From NCBI RefSeq assembly GCF_006345805.1, contig NW_021834353.1, forward strand, positions 1-49,590: 49,590 nt of DNA, in the 5' to 3' direction. The notes under the pieces are model-generated. The model did not search any database. It had not been told where the DNA came from and worked only from the letters and a program-made list of their open reading frames with translations. The position numbers and the translations under genes are program-made. This stretch comes from Octopus sinensis (Eukaryota). This document shows, piece after piece, positions 1 through 13,351 of the stretch (positions within the stretch are counted from its first letter, which is position 1; every line of letters begins with the position of its first letter).

Positions 1-59
1 ATAACCGACTTCTTGAACTTTGAGTAAAGTTGCCGTCACACATGATTGCTCACAGCTGT

Positions 60-280
60 ACTACCATTACACGACCAACACTCCACCATCACCATCACTA
101 CCAATCGACACCTCCGCCGCCGCCGCCACAATTGCACCACCAACAACAACACCTCCACCATCATCACCACTACTACCACCGCCACGGCTGCCACACCACC
201 ACCAACATCATCACTACCACCACAATTACACCAACACCGCCGCCGCCGCCGCCATTCACACCACCTCCACCACCATCACT
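60..280. repeat. Degenerate (ACC/CCG/CCA)n trinucleotide low-complexity tract
   Basis: Runs of CAC/CCA/GCC; open in three frames only because of composition. Confidence 0.8.
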
Positions 281-283
281 GTG

Positions 284-490
284 TATGCATGTCTTTGTGT
301 CCCCCCACCACCGATTGACAACTGGTGTTGGTTTGTTTACGTCTCTGCAACCTAACCGTTCGGTAAAAAGACACCGACAGAATAAGTACCAGGCTTTAAA
401 AAAAAATAGATAAGGACTAGGATTAAAAGTTCTTCAATGCAGCGCCACAGCATGACTGCAGTCTAATAACCGAAACAGAAAAGATAAGAT
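284..490 (+). mobile_element. 3' half of SINE family A, diverged
   Basis: ttgacaactggtgttggtttgtttacgtc...aataagtacc...cagcatgactgcagtc matches the 3' module of the copies at 9351 and 18008. Confidence 0.7.
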
Positions 491-1581
491 ATAAATATAT
501 GTTTAAGAAGACCTTTAACCAAATCAGGTGAGAAGTTACGCAAATTATATAAGTTAATGTAAATACATACAAAGACAACCTATTTTTTCACGCTACATTA
601 GGTTGTTAAATGCTTCTTTTATAATTCAAGAATTATTCGGTTTAACAAAAGTCTTTTATCTTTTATCGTGTACTTGTTTCAGTTTGACACCCAGGAAGAA
701 TGGAAAGGTCTTTGATGTTTCAAGCCTACGCCGTTCAACAGAGAGGATTGAGAGGGTGGAGATGGAGAGAAAAGGATTAAAAAAAGGAGAGAGAGAGAAA
801 GAGAAAATTTGTAGGGATTAACGGTTCAACATGATGAAATGACTGGAAGAAAGAGTCTGAGTGAAAGGGAGATAATGGCGGTGACCCGGCTAAACTAGGG
901 TGCGCAAGTGCGTGTGTGTATGTAAGAACGGTGTGTGTGTGAGTGTGTATGTGTGAATGGGTGCGAGCACGTGTGAATATATGTGTGGGCGAGCTTAAAA
1001 TTATGTGAGTCTGTGTGTGCATATGGAAGCGTGTGTGTTTGCGTTCGTTGTGTAGAGTGATGTACGTTTCGTGTATCTGTGTGTGTATGGATGTGTATAT
1101 ATGTTGTGATGTTATCTTGTGTGTGTATGTGCACGCGTGCTAACACTTGTGTGCTCACATTTCTTCTCTTAAGGTCAAGTTCAGTATTGGTAAGTAAATT
1201 GATAAACACTTACCTTCCTGCCACACATGTAGAATGCTTTTCAGTAAACACACGCTTAAAGCTTTATTCAGTTGCTTATCCAGCATGAAAGTATCATTTC
1301 GCTCACACTACCCCTAAGACTAGAGCCATTATTGTAGAGGTACCACCACTTGCTTGCTCAATGTTCACAGGAATGTAGAGGCCATTGTTTATGCATCCAG
1401 CATAAATCACTATAGCGGACTGTCGAATGGCCTAATTAAGAAACGCCTACACAACCACACCTTCAGAAACTTCACTACACTGGAAAACACAGTGGTTGAA
1501 GGAAAAGACTACATTCTATGACATCAAATATCTATTAAAACATACACACACACGCATTTTCTTTTTGTAACATATTTCTAC

Positions 1582-1654
<73 letters not shown>

Positions 1655-1825
1655 AGCTTAGAGAAGAAGAAATGAAACGAAACCAAACGAATCGAATCGA
1701 AACGACGCGAAGGCGCTCAGTCATACAATAAGTGTAATAAATAAAATATATGCATACATACATACATATATGTACGTACCTACATCTACATGTATATATA
1801 CATGCATATATAAATATATATACGT

Positions 1826-2305
1826 GTGTACAGGACACCACAAATAGACGTAGAACTCAACGAGAAACGAAAACGTAAAAACAGTATGGAACGGACCATT
1901 CCTTTAACAACGAAAAAACAGAGTACAAGACAACTACACAAGGAAAAATCTCCTTCATCAGCCGTCCCTAGTTCAACTCCAGCGTGTTTCGAAGGTGAGG
2001 ACAGAACACGTCTCGTCGACCTAGTCCTTCCTGCGAAAGAATTAAATAAAATTCCTTTGCAGAGGGGTAAAAAATGTGACAAAAACAATACAATTAAAAA
2101 CAAATACAAAATAAAAATACAATTACAAGAAATGCAGTACAAGAAGGAATAGAAACAGGACAGGAAAACAAATAAAGAGGGCCTATAAGCCTAGACGAGG
2201 AAAAAAAATTTTTTTGACGAGCGCTGGAAGAAACATGTTTACTTGAGTAAGGCCGCCGGCGAAAGGAATTTCGTGGAGCCGGCTGTGAGAGAGATGAGGA
2301 GGAGT

Positions 2306-2345
<40 letters not shown>

Positions 2346-2400
2346 AAGGAAGCAAAAGAGGGTGAAAGAAAGAGAGAAGAAGGAGTTATGGAGTTTCGCG
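1826..2400 (-). mobile_element. Non-coding Penelope-pLTR-like repeat with degenerate hammerhead-like boxes
   Basis: Minus strand cttcGAAAcacg...ggCTGATGAaggag...ttgtcttg...tcctgtac aligns by eye with 18600-18890 and 22717-22975; abuts a (TA)/(TACA) tract. Confidence 0.45.
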
Positions 2401-2599
2401 TCATATGTATTAATATGTATCTTTTATTTCTTACTTGCTTCAGTCAGCCTTGTAACACTTTATGTGACACTGAATCTCCCTGAGAACTATGTTAAGGGCA
2501 CGTGAGTCTGTTGAGTGCTTAGCCACTTGCACGTTAATCATACGAGCAGGCTATTCCATTGATCGGGTCAAGTGAAACACTCATTATCATAACCGACGG

Positions 2600-2957
2600 A
2601 GTGCTTCAGTCATTGGAGTGCGACCATGCGGGACACCGCCTTGACGAATCGACACCAATAACTTTCTGGGTTTAATTTTTTTTTTTGTCGGTTTCTTTTG
2701 CTGAACCACTAAATTACGAGAAGGTAAACATGTCCACACTGGTTGTCCAACAGATTGGAGGACAAACACAAACACACGCATACGAATATAGGCGACGAAC
2801 TTCTTTCAGTTTTGGTCTACAAAATCCACTTACATGGCTTTGGTCAGCCCGAGGCTATAGTCGTAATAAACACTTGTCCAAAGTACCACGATATGGAACT
2901 GAACCCGGGGCCGTGTGATTGGGACGTAAACTTCTTACCACAGAGCCACGCCTGCGC
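2600..2957 (-). mobile_element. SINE family A, diverged
   Basis: Reverse complement of the gcaggcgtggctctgtggtaag head, ggttcagt B-box region and gaaagaag module seen in other copies. Confidence 0.75.
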
Positions 2958-3466
2958 GTATATATATGCACGCATTCAAACACATACTTCCTCACACACA
3001 AATACACTTTGATATTCACACGTACAAATATTTGCAGACATATGCACACATATGTGCATTCACTTGACATACGCAAACACAAATACATCCACACATACGC
3101 TCACTTAAAATCATGCTCAAATTTACACACATATGTTTTATACATAAACACTCACGCACATACGTTCGCGCGCACATACACACACTGGTGGTGTAGGAGG
3201 CAGGAAACTGACAGATGTTTAAAGAGGATGGGTATGTGATTGGAGGGGGAGGTAAAGTGGAATGAAATATTTAGATTGCGAAACCATTCATGGAACTGGG
3301 TCACATCATACTAATCCACGGTTAAACAGACGTGTGTGAGCGTGTGTTAATGTGCGTGTTTGTGTGTCATATATGTGTGTGTATACATATATACATACAT
3401 ATATTATATATATACACACATACACACACACATATATACAAATATGTATGTATATATATATATATG

Positions 3467-3506
<40 letters not shown>

Positions 3507-3510
<4 letters not shown>

Positions 3511-3704
3511 GGTTTCGAAGGGGGATACGACAACCTACCCTTTCTTTGTCATAGCGCTTATGTTGAATGTGACATTTGAGTCACGCCAACGATTGGCAAA
3601 GAAGGCCGCAGATGTTGCAAGCAAGAGGGTTTATATATATATTATATACTATATATATATATATATATATTTATATTGTATATATATATATACTATATAT
3701 ATAT

Positions 3705-3745
<41 letters not shown>

Positions 3746-3945
3746 TATATATCTACATATATATATATAAATAATATATGTTTATATATATGTATGTGTG
3801 TATGTACATATGTATGTATATAACCATCTTACTTGCAACATCTGCAGGCTTCTTTGCCGATCGTTGACACATTCGACATAAGCACTTTGACAAACAAAGG
3901 GTAGGTTGTCGTATCCTCCCTTCGAAAACGACGGGAGAGTCCGTC
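3507..3945. repeat. Inverted pair of ~125-bp repeats around a (TA)n tract
   Basis: 3507-3634 is the diverged reverse complement of 3821-3932 (ttcgaagg...atacgacaacctaccc...gcagatgttgcaag). Confidence 0.8.
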
Positions 3946-4278
3946 ATATATAACTTTAAAAGTATCAATTTGTTCCTGTTTGATTTAATTTATCAAAGTT
4001 GTTTTCTTTCTTTTTTTTTTTTCATATTTTCTAAGCATCACTTTATGAGATTGCTTGCACCATCAGTTGTATGTCGAGAGTTAAGAACGCAAATTTATAT
4101 GTTGGCGATCAGTATGTGGAACGATTTTAACATCTAAGCGATATTAGCACAGGAATTCAGCATATAAAGTCTTTGCAGGTATTTTGTTGTACGGCGGCCC
4201 TTGCTAAGTTAGTTACTTATTAAATATATTTCCGATTCTAATATAAATTTTATTCACGTTTTTAAAGCACGTGTGTAG

Positions 4279-4326
<48 letters not shown>

Positions 4327-4344
4327 AGGAGAGAGAGAGAAGAA

Positions 4345-4376
<32 letters not shown>

Positions 4377-4458
4377 AAGAGAGAGAGTGTGTGTGTGTGA
4401 ACGTTTGTAGGTATGCATGCACGCATCAATCTATGTATGTATGTTTTCCTCATTTTAA

Positions 4459-4566
4459 CCTTTAGCACACTGTAGGTGCATCATGCCAGCGTATGAGTTT
4501 TCTCCCTTGTAGTAACAGAGCAGTTGCAGGGGAAACAGTTCTAGAGAAAATGAAATGTGCTAAAGG
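4459..4566. mobile_element. piggyBac-type MITE (108 bp)
   Basis: TTAA|cctttagcaca ... tgtgctaaagg|TTAA: 11-bp perfect TIR with TTAA on both sides. Confidence 0.6.
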
Positions 4567-4589
4567 TTAATTCTGAGTTCATTTTGACT

Positions 4590-6100
4590 AGCTACCTGTT
4601 TTGTTCATCGTTCTTTAAATCTTAAGAAGGTCTTGCAGATTTTTACTGTCCCATACATCGTGATCACTTGTTGTTAAGATATTATGGAGTTGCGCTCTCA
4701 CCACAAGAACCCAATTTTAGCCAGTCTTTGCTCCAAGCGATTTGGTACGTATTCTGTTGCTTCAATAATTATAGATAGAAAGCTGTAAGTTTATCTTGGA
4801 TATTTGATTTGCGAACTTTTTATCAGTGGTTCATAAATTTCCTCTTTCCCCTCTGTTTCTAAGACATCCGTTAGTCTTAGAGACTTGGAACCTGGGACCT
4901 TGAAAGTCTATATTCGATCTTGTTGGCAAAGCAGTATCTATTGTGTCTGTAGAAGCACACACGTGACAATTCCAACTGCAGTGACAGCATTTGAAGGAAC
5001 TGTATTTCAGTTTGTCCTGGTGCTGGTTTCTCTTCGAGTGTCCTTTTCTTTAGCACCAAAATCTCAGCTTTGCATCTTGCTCTTTAAACTCCCGATTGTT
5101 CCAGCCTTCCCTGTAAACGATGACTAACACTGTTCACATATATATACTTATTTCAACATGTTAAGCGTCTTCATATCTTTCTTGTAGATGTCCCTAAAAT
5201 AAAGATGAGGTTACCTTTATAATCGCTTCCCAGATGACAGCTCTTCAAACTGTAGGCCTTTCTGTTTCCTTCAGTCTGACATAAGGGTGGCAAAAGGTTG
5301 GATACGTTGACAAAAGCCAGGGTTTATTATTGGTGACATGGTCAGTCCCCTTGATATTCAGGAGTGTTTCCGGATGTGTAAATGGGTAGCACTGAGACAC
5401 TTCTTTTGTCTAAATCGACGCTCCAGACTCACTGCTGGTAAATCGATGTGCCGAGGACTGTTGACTGTAACTTTGATGTTCATTATTAGCTTGCTATTCT
5501 TCTAGACTCTCTTTATCAGTCTGGTGAGTGTTACAGCTGCTCTACAAATACGTTTCTAAATCCCAGGCTCTAGAGTGGAGTTGTGTGAACTCGGAGATTT
5601 TCTCCAGCTGGCAGTTGTCAGTGGCAATCGTATAGGAATGCTCAATACCTTTATCTAGCTTTTCATCTTCTTCAGACTGATAGTTAAAGTGAAGTCTTGC
5701 CAAACTCTTGAGTGGTTATCTCCGAATGTGATGCCAGCAAACTTACTCCTAAACCAGTATATCACATAAGTTGGTGGATACCCTCTACCGAGACACTGAT
5801 AAGCTTTCCTTCTATTCTTGTGTAAAGTTAGATGCTATCAGGTGATGTTCCAAAATCTTGTTAAAGCATGCTGGCAAAGAAAATGCTGGAGTGTGTAAAG
5901 GAAAGCACACTACCCTGTCCCACTCCACTAAAGGCTTCTCGTGGAAGAATCGTCAAAATGAATCAGCATATGATCTCAACGGTGATCTTAGGAGCCTACA
6001 AAGCAAGTTGAGTTTAATCCTAGGCGCCGGCAAGAGTCTCACTGAAGTGCATTAATGTAAATGCGAAATAACAGGTAATGTGGTTACGCCCGGTGCTGAG
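4590..6100 (-). mobile_element. Highly decayed non-LTR retrotransposon, probably restriction-like-endonuclease type
   Basis: Fragmentary minus-strand translation (C..C-H..., YRHN, IEATEYVP...RLAKIGF) resembles the RLE C-terminus; many stops and frameshifts. Confidence 0.45.
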
Positions 6101-6126
6101 GGAGCATGCCTCCATTGTCAGTCATT

Positions 6127-6338
6127 CTTTTCTACTGTAGGCACAAGGCCCGAAATTTTGGGAGAGGGGCCAGTCTATTGCATCGACCCCAGTGCGCAAC
6201 TGGTACTTAATTTATCGACCCCGAAAGGATGAAAGGCAAAGTCGACCTCGGTGGAATTTGAACTCAGAACGTAAAGACAGACGAAATAACGCTAAGCATT
6301 TCGCCCGACGCGCTCACGTTTCTGCCAGCTCGCCGCCT
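6127..6338 (-). mobile_element. SINE family B (ggcggcgagctggcag head) with 12-bp TSD
   Basis: A-box-like gagctggcag, B-box gagttcaaattcc, central gcctttcatcctttcggggtcgataaattaagtacc; ttgtcagtcatt duplicated at 6115-6126 and 6344-6355. Confidence 0.9.
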
Positions 6339-6509
6339 TCTTCTTGTCAGTCATTAAGATAGTGCTTATCGTCGCTAAGAGCTGTTTTGACTCTTATTTC
6401 TACCAATACTGGTGCTGACTAGTCGCTTTAGTGACGTATATAGTTTTGCCTTTCAATTGAAAAATTGCTAACGAGCCATCCTTATTATTTGTGTGTGTGT
6501 GTGTGTGTG

Positions 6510-6550
<41 letters not shown>

Positions 6551-6651
6551 GTGGTGTGTGTGTAGTTCATTGAAAATATATATCAGAAAGAAGCACACTT
6601 TAAAGAATAGAGCAGTAATTATTACAGCAAAAAATTTTTTTTATCTTGGAC

Positions 6652-6715
6652 ATAGGGTTACCCAAGGTTTCGCATCCTCAAAGCAAATCTTTGTGGACAG
6701 CTTGTCAGAATCTAT
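6652..6715 (-). ncRNA. Degenerate type I hammerhead ribozyme motif (G8A core)
   Basis: atagatt-CTGACAA-gctgtccacaaag..ctttgaggatgc-GAAA-ccttggg-TA-accctat; stem I has two mismatches. Confidence 0.5.
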
Positions 6716-6974
6716 ACAAATACAAACTTTAAAATATTTACGTCGCAGACGTGAGGAAACGCTCAGAACTCGAGGAATACGTCATAACAACAACAAAAAA
6801 ATGTTAATGAAGACGGATTATCTCCCTTGAATTAGAGGTGGGGGGGAATCCCCATATAGACCCGAAGTGGCCTAACAAGAAAACGGGGAGATCCAATTTT
6901 GCACTAAGTAGCACTTGAAATTGATACATTTAGAAAACACTTCTTTACGGCTGTTCAATGCACCTTCAGTAAGT

Positions 6975-7360
6975 TCCTTCTGCTATTGCCTTGGGGTGAC
7001 CGAAGTCATACGAATGGATTTGATAGACAGAAACTGAAGAGCCCATTGTGTGTGTATATACACATACACAGATGTGCGTGTGTCCTACTGTTGGTGTGTC
7101 CCCTACCAGTGCTTGACAACAGGAGTTGGTTTGTTTACATCCCCATAACCTAGATGTGCCAGGTTTGAAAAAATAAGCAGGAGGACTGATTCATTTGGTT
7201 AAAGTTGAAGGGGTTTGATCAATCAAATCGGCCCGGTTGCTTATTCTTTCCAGCCTAGGACTTATTCTTTCGGCCTCTTTTGCCAAACCTCTAAGTGTTG
7301 AGAATGTAAACAAATCAACTCCTGCTGCCAAGCACTGTAAGGGGACACAAACACTAAGAC
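6975..7360. mobile_element. Two partial SINE family A copies in opposite orientation
   Basis: Plus-strand gatttgatagacagaaactgaagagccc...ttgacaac followed by minus-strand 3' module (ttattctttc...aatgtaaacaaatcaactc). Confidence 0.6.
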
Positions 7361-7503
7361 ACATGCACACATCAGTGTGCATGTATATATACATACAAAA
7401 CGGGCATGTGAATAGCATGTACGATTTGCCTATGTATGTATATTTGTATATTTTTTTGATATGTATTATATATATATATAGATATATATATATATTATAT
7501 ATA

Positions 7504-7541
<38 letters not shown>

Positions 7542-7778
7542 ATATAAAAATATAACAGGAACCAAGAGGTGGAACGAAACGACGAATCGGAACGAACCTA
7601 TATATATATATAATTAATATATATATATATTATATACATTAAAAACATAAGTGATGGCCATAATAGGACATCTGACTCTAGAAAGAGCACAAGAGTTAAA
7701 CTCCAAACCACTAATAGTTGTAATTCTGAAATGGAAGAGAGAAATAAAAACGTTACCCTAAAATTTATTTATATATAT

Positions 7779-7817
<39 letters not shown>

Positions 7818-8270
7818 ATTTTGGATATTTGTTTTATTATCTATTTGTATATATTGGATAATAAGTGAAGCATGTTTTGTATATCAATATTAGTATTATA
7901 CTTTTCAAGTTTATTATATCCTCTGACGAGGTCTATGGTTCTTTTAACATATAAGTATAATTTTTAATGCCTGAACCCATAATACACTGACATAAGAAAA
8001 TGGAAGGGATCAATAGGTGTTTCATCAACTTTTAGACATTATATTATGTTAACTTATTTATTTATTTACTAAACTGACAATTACTAGAATATACATACAT
8101 GTATAATATATTATGCTTTACATGTAAGTTATAAAATATATTGATATATAAGGATACCAGTAATTACTACAAAATAACATACATGAATATAAATTGGGCA
8201 AATAGCTTACAGCTGTTTCAGCCAAGAGGCAAAATTACCACATTCTGCCTTTATTACTCAAGTAGACACT

Positions 8271-8679
8271 TTCTCTTTTACTTGTTTCAGTCATTTGACT
8301 GCGGCCATGCTGGAGCACCGCCTTTTTTTAGTCGAGCAAATCGACCCCGGGACTTATTCTTTGTAAGCCCAGTACTTATTCTATCGGTCTCTTTTTTGCC
8401 GAACCTCTAAGTGACGGGGACGTAAACACACCAGCATCGGTTGTCAAGCAATGCTAGGGGGACAAACACAGACACACAAACACACACACACATACATATA
8501 TATATACATATATACGACAGGCCTTCTTTCAGTTCCGTCTACCAAATCCACTCACAAGGCATTGGTCGGCCCGGGGCTATAGCAGAAGACACTTGCCCAA
8601 GATGCCACGCAGTAGGACTGAACCCGGAACCATGTGGTTGGTTAGCAAGCTACTCACCACACAGCCACTCCTGCGCCTA
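8271..8679 (-). mobile_element. Full-length SINE family A (tRNA head, internal microsatellite, 3' module)
   Basis: taggcgcaggagtggctgtgtgg...ggttccgggttcagtcc...cttgggcaagtgtcttc...ggcggtgctccagcatggccgcagtc. Confidence 0.9.
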
Positions 8680-8834
8680 TACTGAAGTAATAGGTAGATT
8701 TTTTTAAGGAAATCAATCTCAAAGAAATTGATATCAGCATTTCATGTCTCTATCTATATCTATCTGTTTGTTGTGTGTCAGATGTTTTTATTTATTTAAA
8801 AAGCATAACTTGGTTGCGTGGAGAAATGTACACC

Positions 8835-9335
8835 GAAATAGGGAGGAGGGGGTGCAAGAGAAGGGGGGGTGCAGAGAGGGGGGTGCAAGAGAGGGGGGGG
8901 GCAAGAGAAGGGGGGAGGAGGAGGAGGGGGAATGGTAAGAGAAGGTGGTGGTGTGGAGTCGTATTGAGGTGGTGGCGTTGTTCTTGTTGCTGGTGGTGGT
9001 GGTGGTGGTGGTGATGGTGGAGGCAGGAGGCAACAACGGCGGCAGCGGAGGTGGCAACGGCGATGGCAGCGGCGATGGCAGCGGCGATGGCAGCGGCGGC
9101 GGAGGTGGTGGCGTTGGATGGGATGGTGAAGGCGACGGTGGAGGCAACGATGGAGGCGACGGTGACGGCTGAGATTGTGACGACAATGGCGACGACGGAG
9201 ACGACGACGAGCAAGAGGAGGAGAACGGGGAAGAGAGGAAGAGGACAACGGGGGAAAGAGGAGGACAACGGGAAGGAGGACGACGATGATGACGGGAAGG
9301 CGAACGGGAACCACGATGAGGGACATGATAATGAT
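8835..9335. repeat. G-rich compound trinucleotide tract (GAG/GGT/GGC/GAC)
   Basis: Successive GGT, GGCGAT and GACGAT repeats; stop-poor on both strands. Confidence 0.8.
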
Positions 9336-9350
9336 GGCCTTCTTTCTGTT

Positions 9351-9519
9351 GTAGGAGTGGCCGTGTGGTAAGTAGCTTGCTTACCGACCACGTGGTTCCA
9401 GGTTCAGTCCCACTGCGTGGCACCTTGGGTAAGTGTCTTCTACTATAGCCTCGGGTCGACCAAAGCCTTGTGAGTCGATTTGGTAGACGGAAATTGAAAG
9501 AAGCCCGTAGCATATATAT

Positions 9520-9609
<90 letters not shown>

Positions 9610-9856
9610 GTGTGTGTATATGTTTTGTGTTCTGTGTTTGTCCACCCCCACCCAACCCCGACATCGCTTGACACCCGATGCTGGTGTGTTTACGTCCCCG
9701 TAACTTAGCAGTTCGGCAAAAGATAAAGATAGAATAAGTACTACTAGGCTTACAAAGAATAAGTCCTGGGGTCGATTTGCTCGACTAAAGGCGGTGCTCC
9801 AGCATGGCCACAGTCAAATGACTGAAACAAGTAAAAGAGTAAAAGCATAAAAGAGA
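9351..9856 (+). mobile_element. SINE family A with expanded internal (TA)n
   Basis: Same head and tail as the 8271 copy; (TA)n at 9512-9605. Confidence 0.9.
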
Positions 9857-10083
9857 TTACTTGATACAAGTAATCTGCCGCTAAACCAGGAGCGCGCGCG
9901 CACACACACATTGAAGTATATAAACACTTCCCGTTCTGCCAAGATCAGAACACTAGAGTCATTTGTTTGTTTTGTTAACTTAATTCTATAAATATTATAT
10001 AAATAATGGTCTTAAGGCATTTTTTCCTTTTTCAAGTACTATAAGCGTGTACCTCTCTCTCTTTCTCTCTCTCTCTCTCACTC

Positions 10084-10157
<74 letters not shown>

Positions 10158-10229
10158 TATGTATATATATGTATATACATAGATATATATACATATATAT
10201 ATTTATATATGTACATATACATATATATG

Positions 10230-10263
<34 letters not shown>

Positions 10264-10333
10264 TATTGTATGTATATATATATATATGTATGTATATATA
10301 TATGTGTGTGTGTGTATATATATATATATATAG

Positions 10334-10389
<56 letters not shown>

Positions 10390-11126
10390 ATGTATGTAAA
10401 TAAAGTATAGAGAAAATTATTCCTTCTTGTTAATAACGGGATACAGAGATACACATATGCATACATACATATATAAAAACATACGTGCGTACATACATAC
10501 ATTTACATATGCATACACACATATACATATATATATATATATATATATAATATATGAATATACACATATACATATATAGATATATATTCATACATATTGA
10601 TTTAGTATTGTTTCTTCACTTCCTTCTCCCGTTGTTTTCTTATATTTACAGTAGTTTATAGTCAGTTTTCTTCTGTATGATGTCTATATTACACCCTTCA
10701 ACTCTTCTTGTGTGTGTGTGTGTGTGTGTGTGTGTACAGACACATTTATATATACACAAATACATTAAAACAACTGCTACAGTATCTTGGAAACGGAAGA
10801 TTCTAACCTGACCAAAATTTCTTTATTACACATAAATCAGCCTTGCCTCGTCACTTCGCTTCCGTCTGCAGTAAATACCGTCTTCTAACATTATTGATTT
10901 TGTCTTTCATACAGGATCCAGGATAAAAAAAAAAATTGTTGGTGGATGATGGGGACCAATTGCTTCTTCTAATGTCCCATTTTTTATAGTTTTCGTTTTT
11001 CATTTGTTTACAACCTATATCCATATTATATCATGTTTTACATATAACATACTGTGCAGCCATCCATCATTTCTATCGCTGGCGATACTTATAAGAGCCA
11101 TCATCTTCTCAATGGTCTACAAATAT

Positions 11127-11347
11127 ACTCTTTTACTCTTTTACTTGTTTCAGTCATTTGACTGCGGCCATGCTGGATTACCGCCTTTAGTCGAGCAAAT
11201 CGACCCCAGGTCTTATTCTTTGTAAGCCTAGGACTTATTCTATCTGTCTCTTTTGCCGAACCGCTAAGTTACGGGGACGTAAACACACCAGCATCGGTTG
11301 TCAAGCGATGTTGGGGTGATAAACACAGACACACCAAAAATGTACAT

Positions 11348-11390
<43 letters not shown>

Positions 11391-11555
11391 CAACGGGCTT
11401 CTTTCAGTTTCCGTCTACCAAATCCACTCACAAGGCTTTAGTTGACCCGAGGCTATAGTAGAAGACACTTGCCCAAGGTGCCACGTAGTAGGACTGAACC
11501 CAGAACCATGTGGTTCGTAAGCAAGCTACTTACCACACAGCCACTCCTACGCCTA
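11127..11555 (-). mobile_element. SINE family A
   Basis: Complete head and tail modules; flanking ctacaaatat/ctataaatat may be a TSD. Confidence 0.9.
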
Positions 11556-13265
11556 TAAATATGTTAGACTTTAAAACTTTTAGAAAACACCAAATGAGGA
11601 CCGCAGCCCACCTATTTGCCGGCCCCTAGTGTAATATATGAAGTATTTTAGTAAAAATAGCAAATTGCAAGCGCATTGTATTAAACTCTTGTGTCTCCTT
11701 ATATTAATGGTTGGGAATGTTTCATTTGGTAACTCACAAAAGTTTATTCAAGTACAATGAAATTGTCCTCAAACTTCAAACTGAATAATATTTCAATTGA
11801 TCTTGAAACTGTTTCGTAAGGTATAAAAAAATACTTACATTAAAATTACATTTTGGATGACTTACTATCAAGAAAAATATCAAATATATTGACATAAATA
11901 TAATACACAAACAAATTTATCGAAAAGCAGTAAATTAAAACAGAAGCATTTTTTAGGTTTTGTAAAAATATTGCTCTTTCCTGACTATAATCGTGAAGCA
12001 GTGATTGAAAGTAATCAAAATTAGGTATTTGCTTTTAACATTTTTTTTGTTTCAGGCGATAGTTCTTTTTCTCCACGACAAACTGCCTTTTACGGATTCA
12101 AATATATTTCAGCTGGCAGCTAGCTTTGACAGCTTCATTTTTTATATATAGCAACATCCAACATTGATATATCAGTATCCAGCTGCCAAGACAATTTGGA
12201 TGCTGTCTTCGGGGTCCAACTGATTTCTATACTCATTCGCAAGTGTGTCACAAAAATAGGTAGTGTTGAAGGCTTTTGCTTCACTTTTGCAAAGGAGTCC
12301 AAAAAATGTTTCTGCTAAACCTTTAGGCTTTCAGTTATCAACCCAAATAACCCAAATACAACCCAAATAACAAGTATAAATCAGACACTAGAAATTAATC
12401 AGAGTTTGGTAAGATACAATGTAACTGATTCCTTGATGCTGCCAACACTGATATCTCCACAATCTTCGAAAACCCCTGCTGTTTGGATTCGCTATATTTT
12501 TTTTAGTGGTATTAATTACTTCCTCTAGTAGTTCCTTGTTTGGGGAATCACATTACCCAGACATCAACTGAATATGGGAAATAGGCCAGCCAAATAGAGT
12601 TACTAAACTTATCGGAAAAAGTATGGTTCTGACACTCAAGAAGGCATTTAAATAGCTATGAAAACAATATAATAAAGACGTTATATTTAATAGTATATTT
12701 TCTCGATAAACACTAAGTTTGTACTTCGAAGAGAGTAAATAAGAATTTTAGTTTTTTGTCATACAATTAACATCTATTATATAACTACAGAATAAATCTG
12801 CAAAATATATGGATAGTTTTTCTGAAAAAAATTATTCGTAATTCATTTTTGATTTTTACAAATTCTTAAGAACATTATCACGAGATAAGAAGCAAACTTC
12901 GGAATAGTATATTTATGTTGACGTTTTATTTTACAAGAAACTATTTTAAAGTGTCTATTATTTAAAATTAAACCTTCTGAAAATTATAATTGAAAATATA
13001 ATTCAATTACAAATATCAAAATAGGTAAAATAATCTATTTAGCATTCATGTATATGTGTGTGTGTATTGTCAATATAACATATATTAGAATAAGATGCAC
13101 ACTCTAAAGAATAGAGCAGTAAGTATTATAACATAGAGTTAAAGTCTGGTTCCTATACCTTTCGTGGATACGAAACCATTGGTCACTCCATGACCAGACT
13201 AACTTTATGTTTATATATACATATATATATATATATATATTTATTTTGAGATTTTAAATTCTTGG

Positions 13266-13351
13266 ATTTTCCTGAAGAGAAAGCTGCAGAATGGTCTCCT
13301 TATTCAATCCGAATTTGGGAATTTGCAGCCTTTGAAACATGTGTAGAAAAT
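13266..13351 (+). ncRNA. Type I hammerhead ribozyme motif, intact core
   Basis: attttc-CTGAAGA-gaaagctgcaga...tttgcagccttt-GAAA-catgtg-TA^-gaaaat: 6-bp stem I, ~12-bp stem II, short stem III, GUA triplet. Confidence 0.75.

Noticed and set aside
20-413. Pro/His/Thr-rich ORFs
   Set aside because: Trinucleotide low complexity running into a SINE; no splice or domain support
7921-8230. CTGACGAgg (+, 7923) and GAAAcagctgTA (-, ~8205-8220) hammerhead halves
   Set aside because: On opposite strands and each lacks its partner box; probably relics, not callable
8788-9651. 287-aa Pro/Ser-rich ORF and overlapping Gly/Asp-rich ORFs
   Set aside because: Spans a SINE, (TA)n and G-rich triplet repeats; compositional artefact
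11900-12650. Possible decayed DNA-transposase (Tigger-like) fragment or downstream receptor exon
   Set aside because: Only a short suggestive peptide (TAGVFEDCGDISVGSIKE); no continuous frame or convincing splice pair
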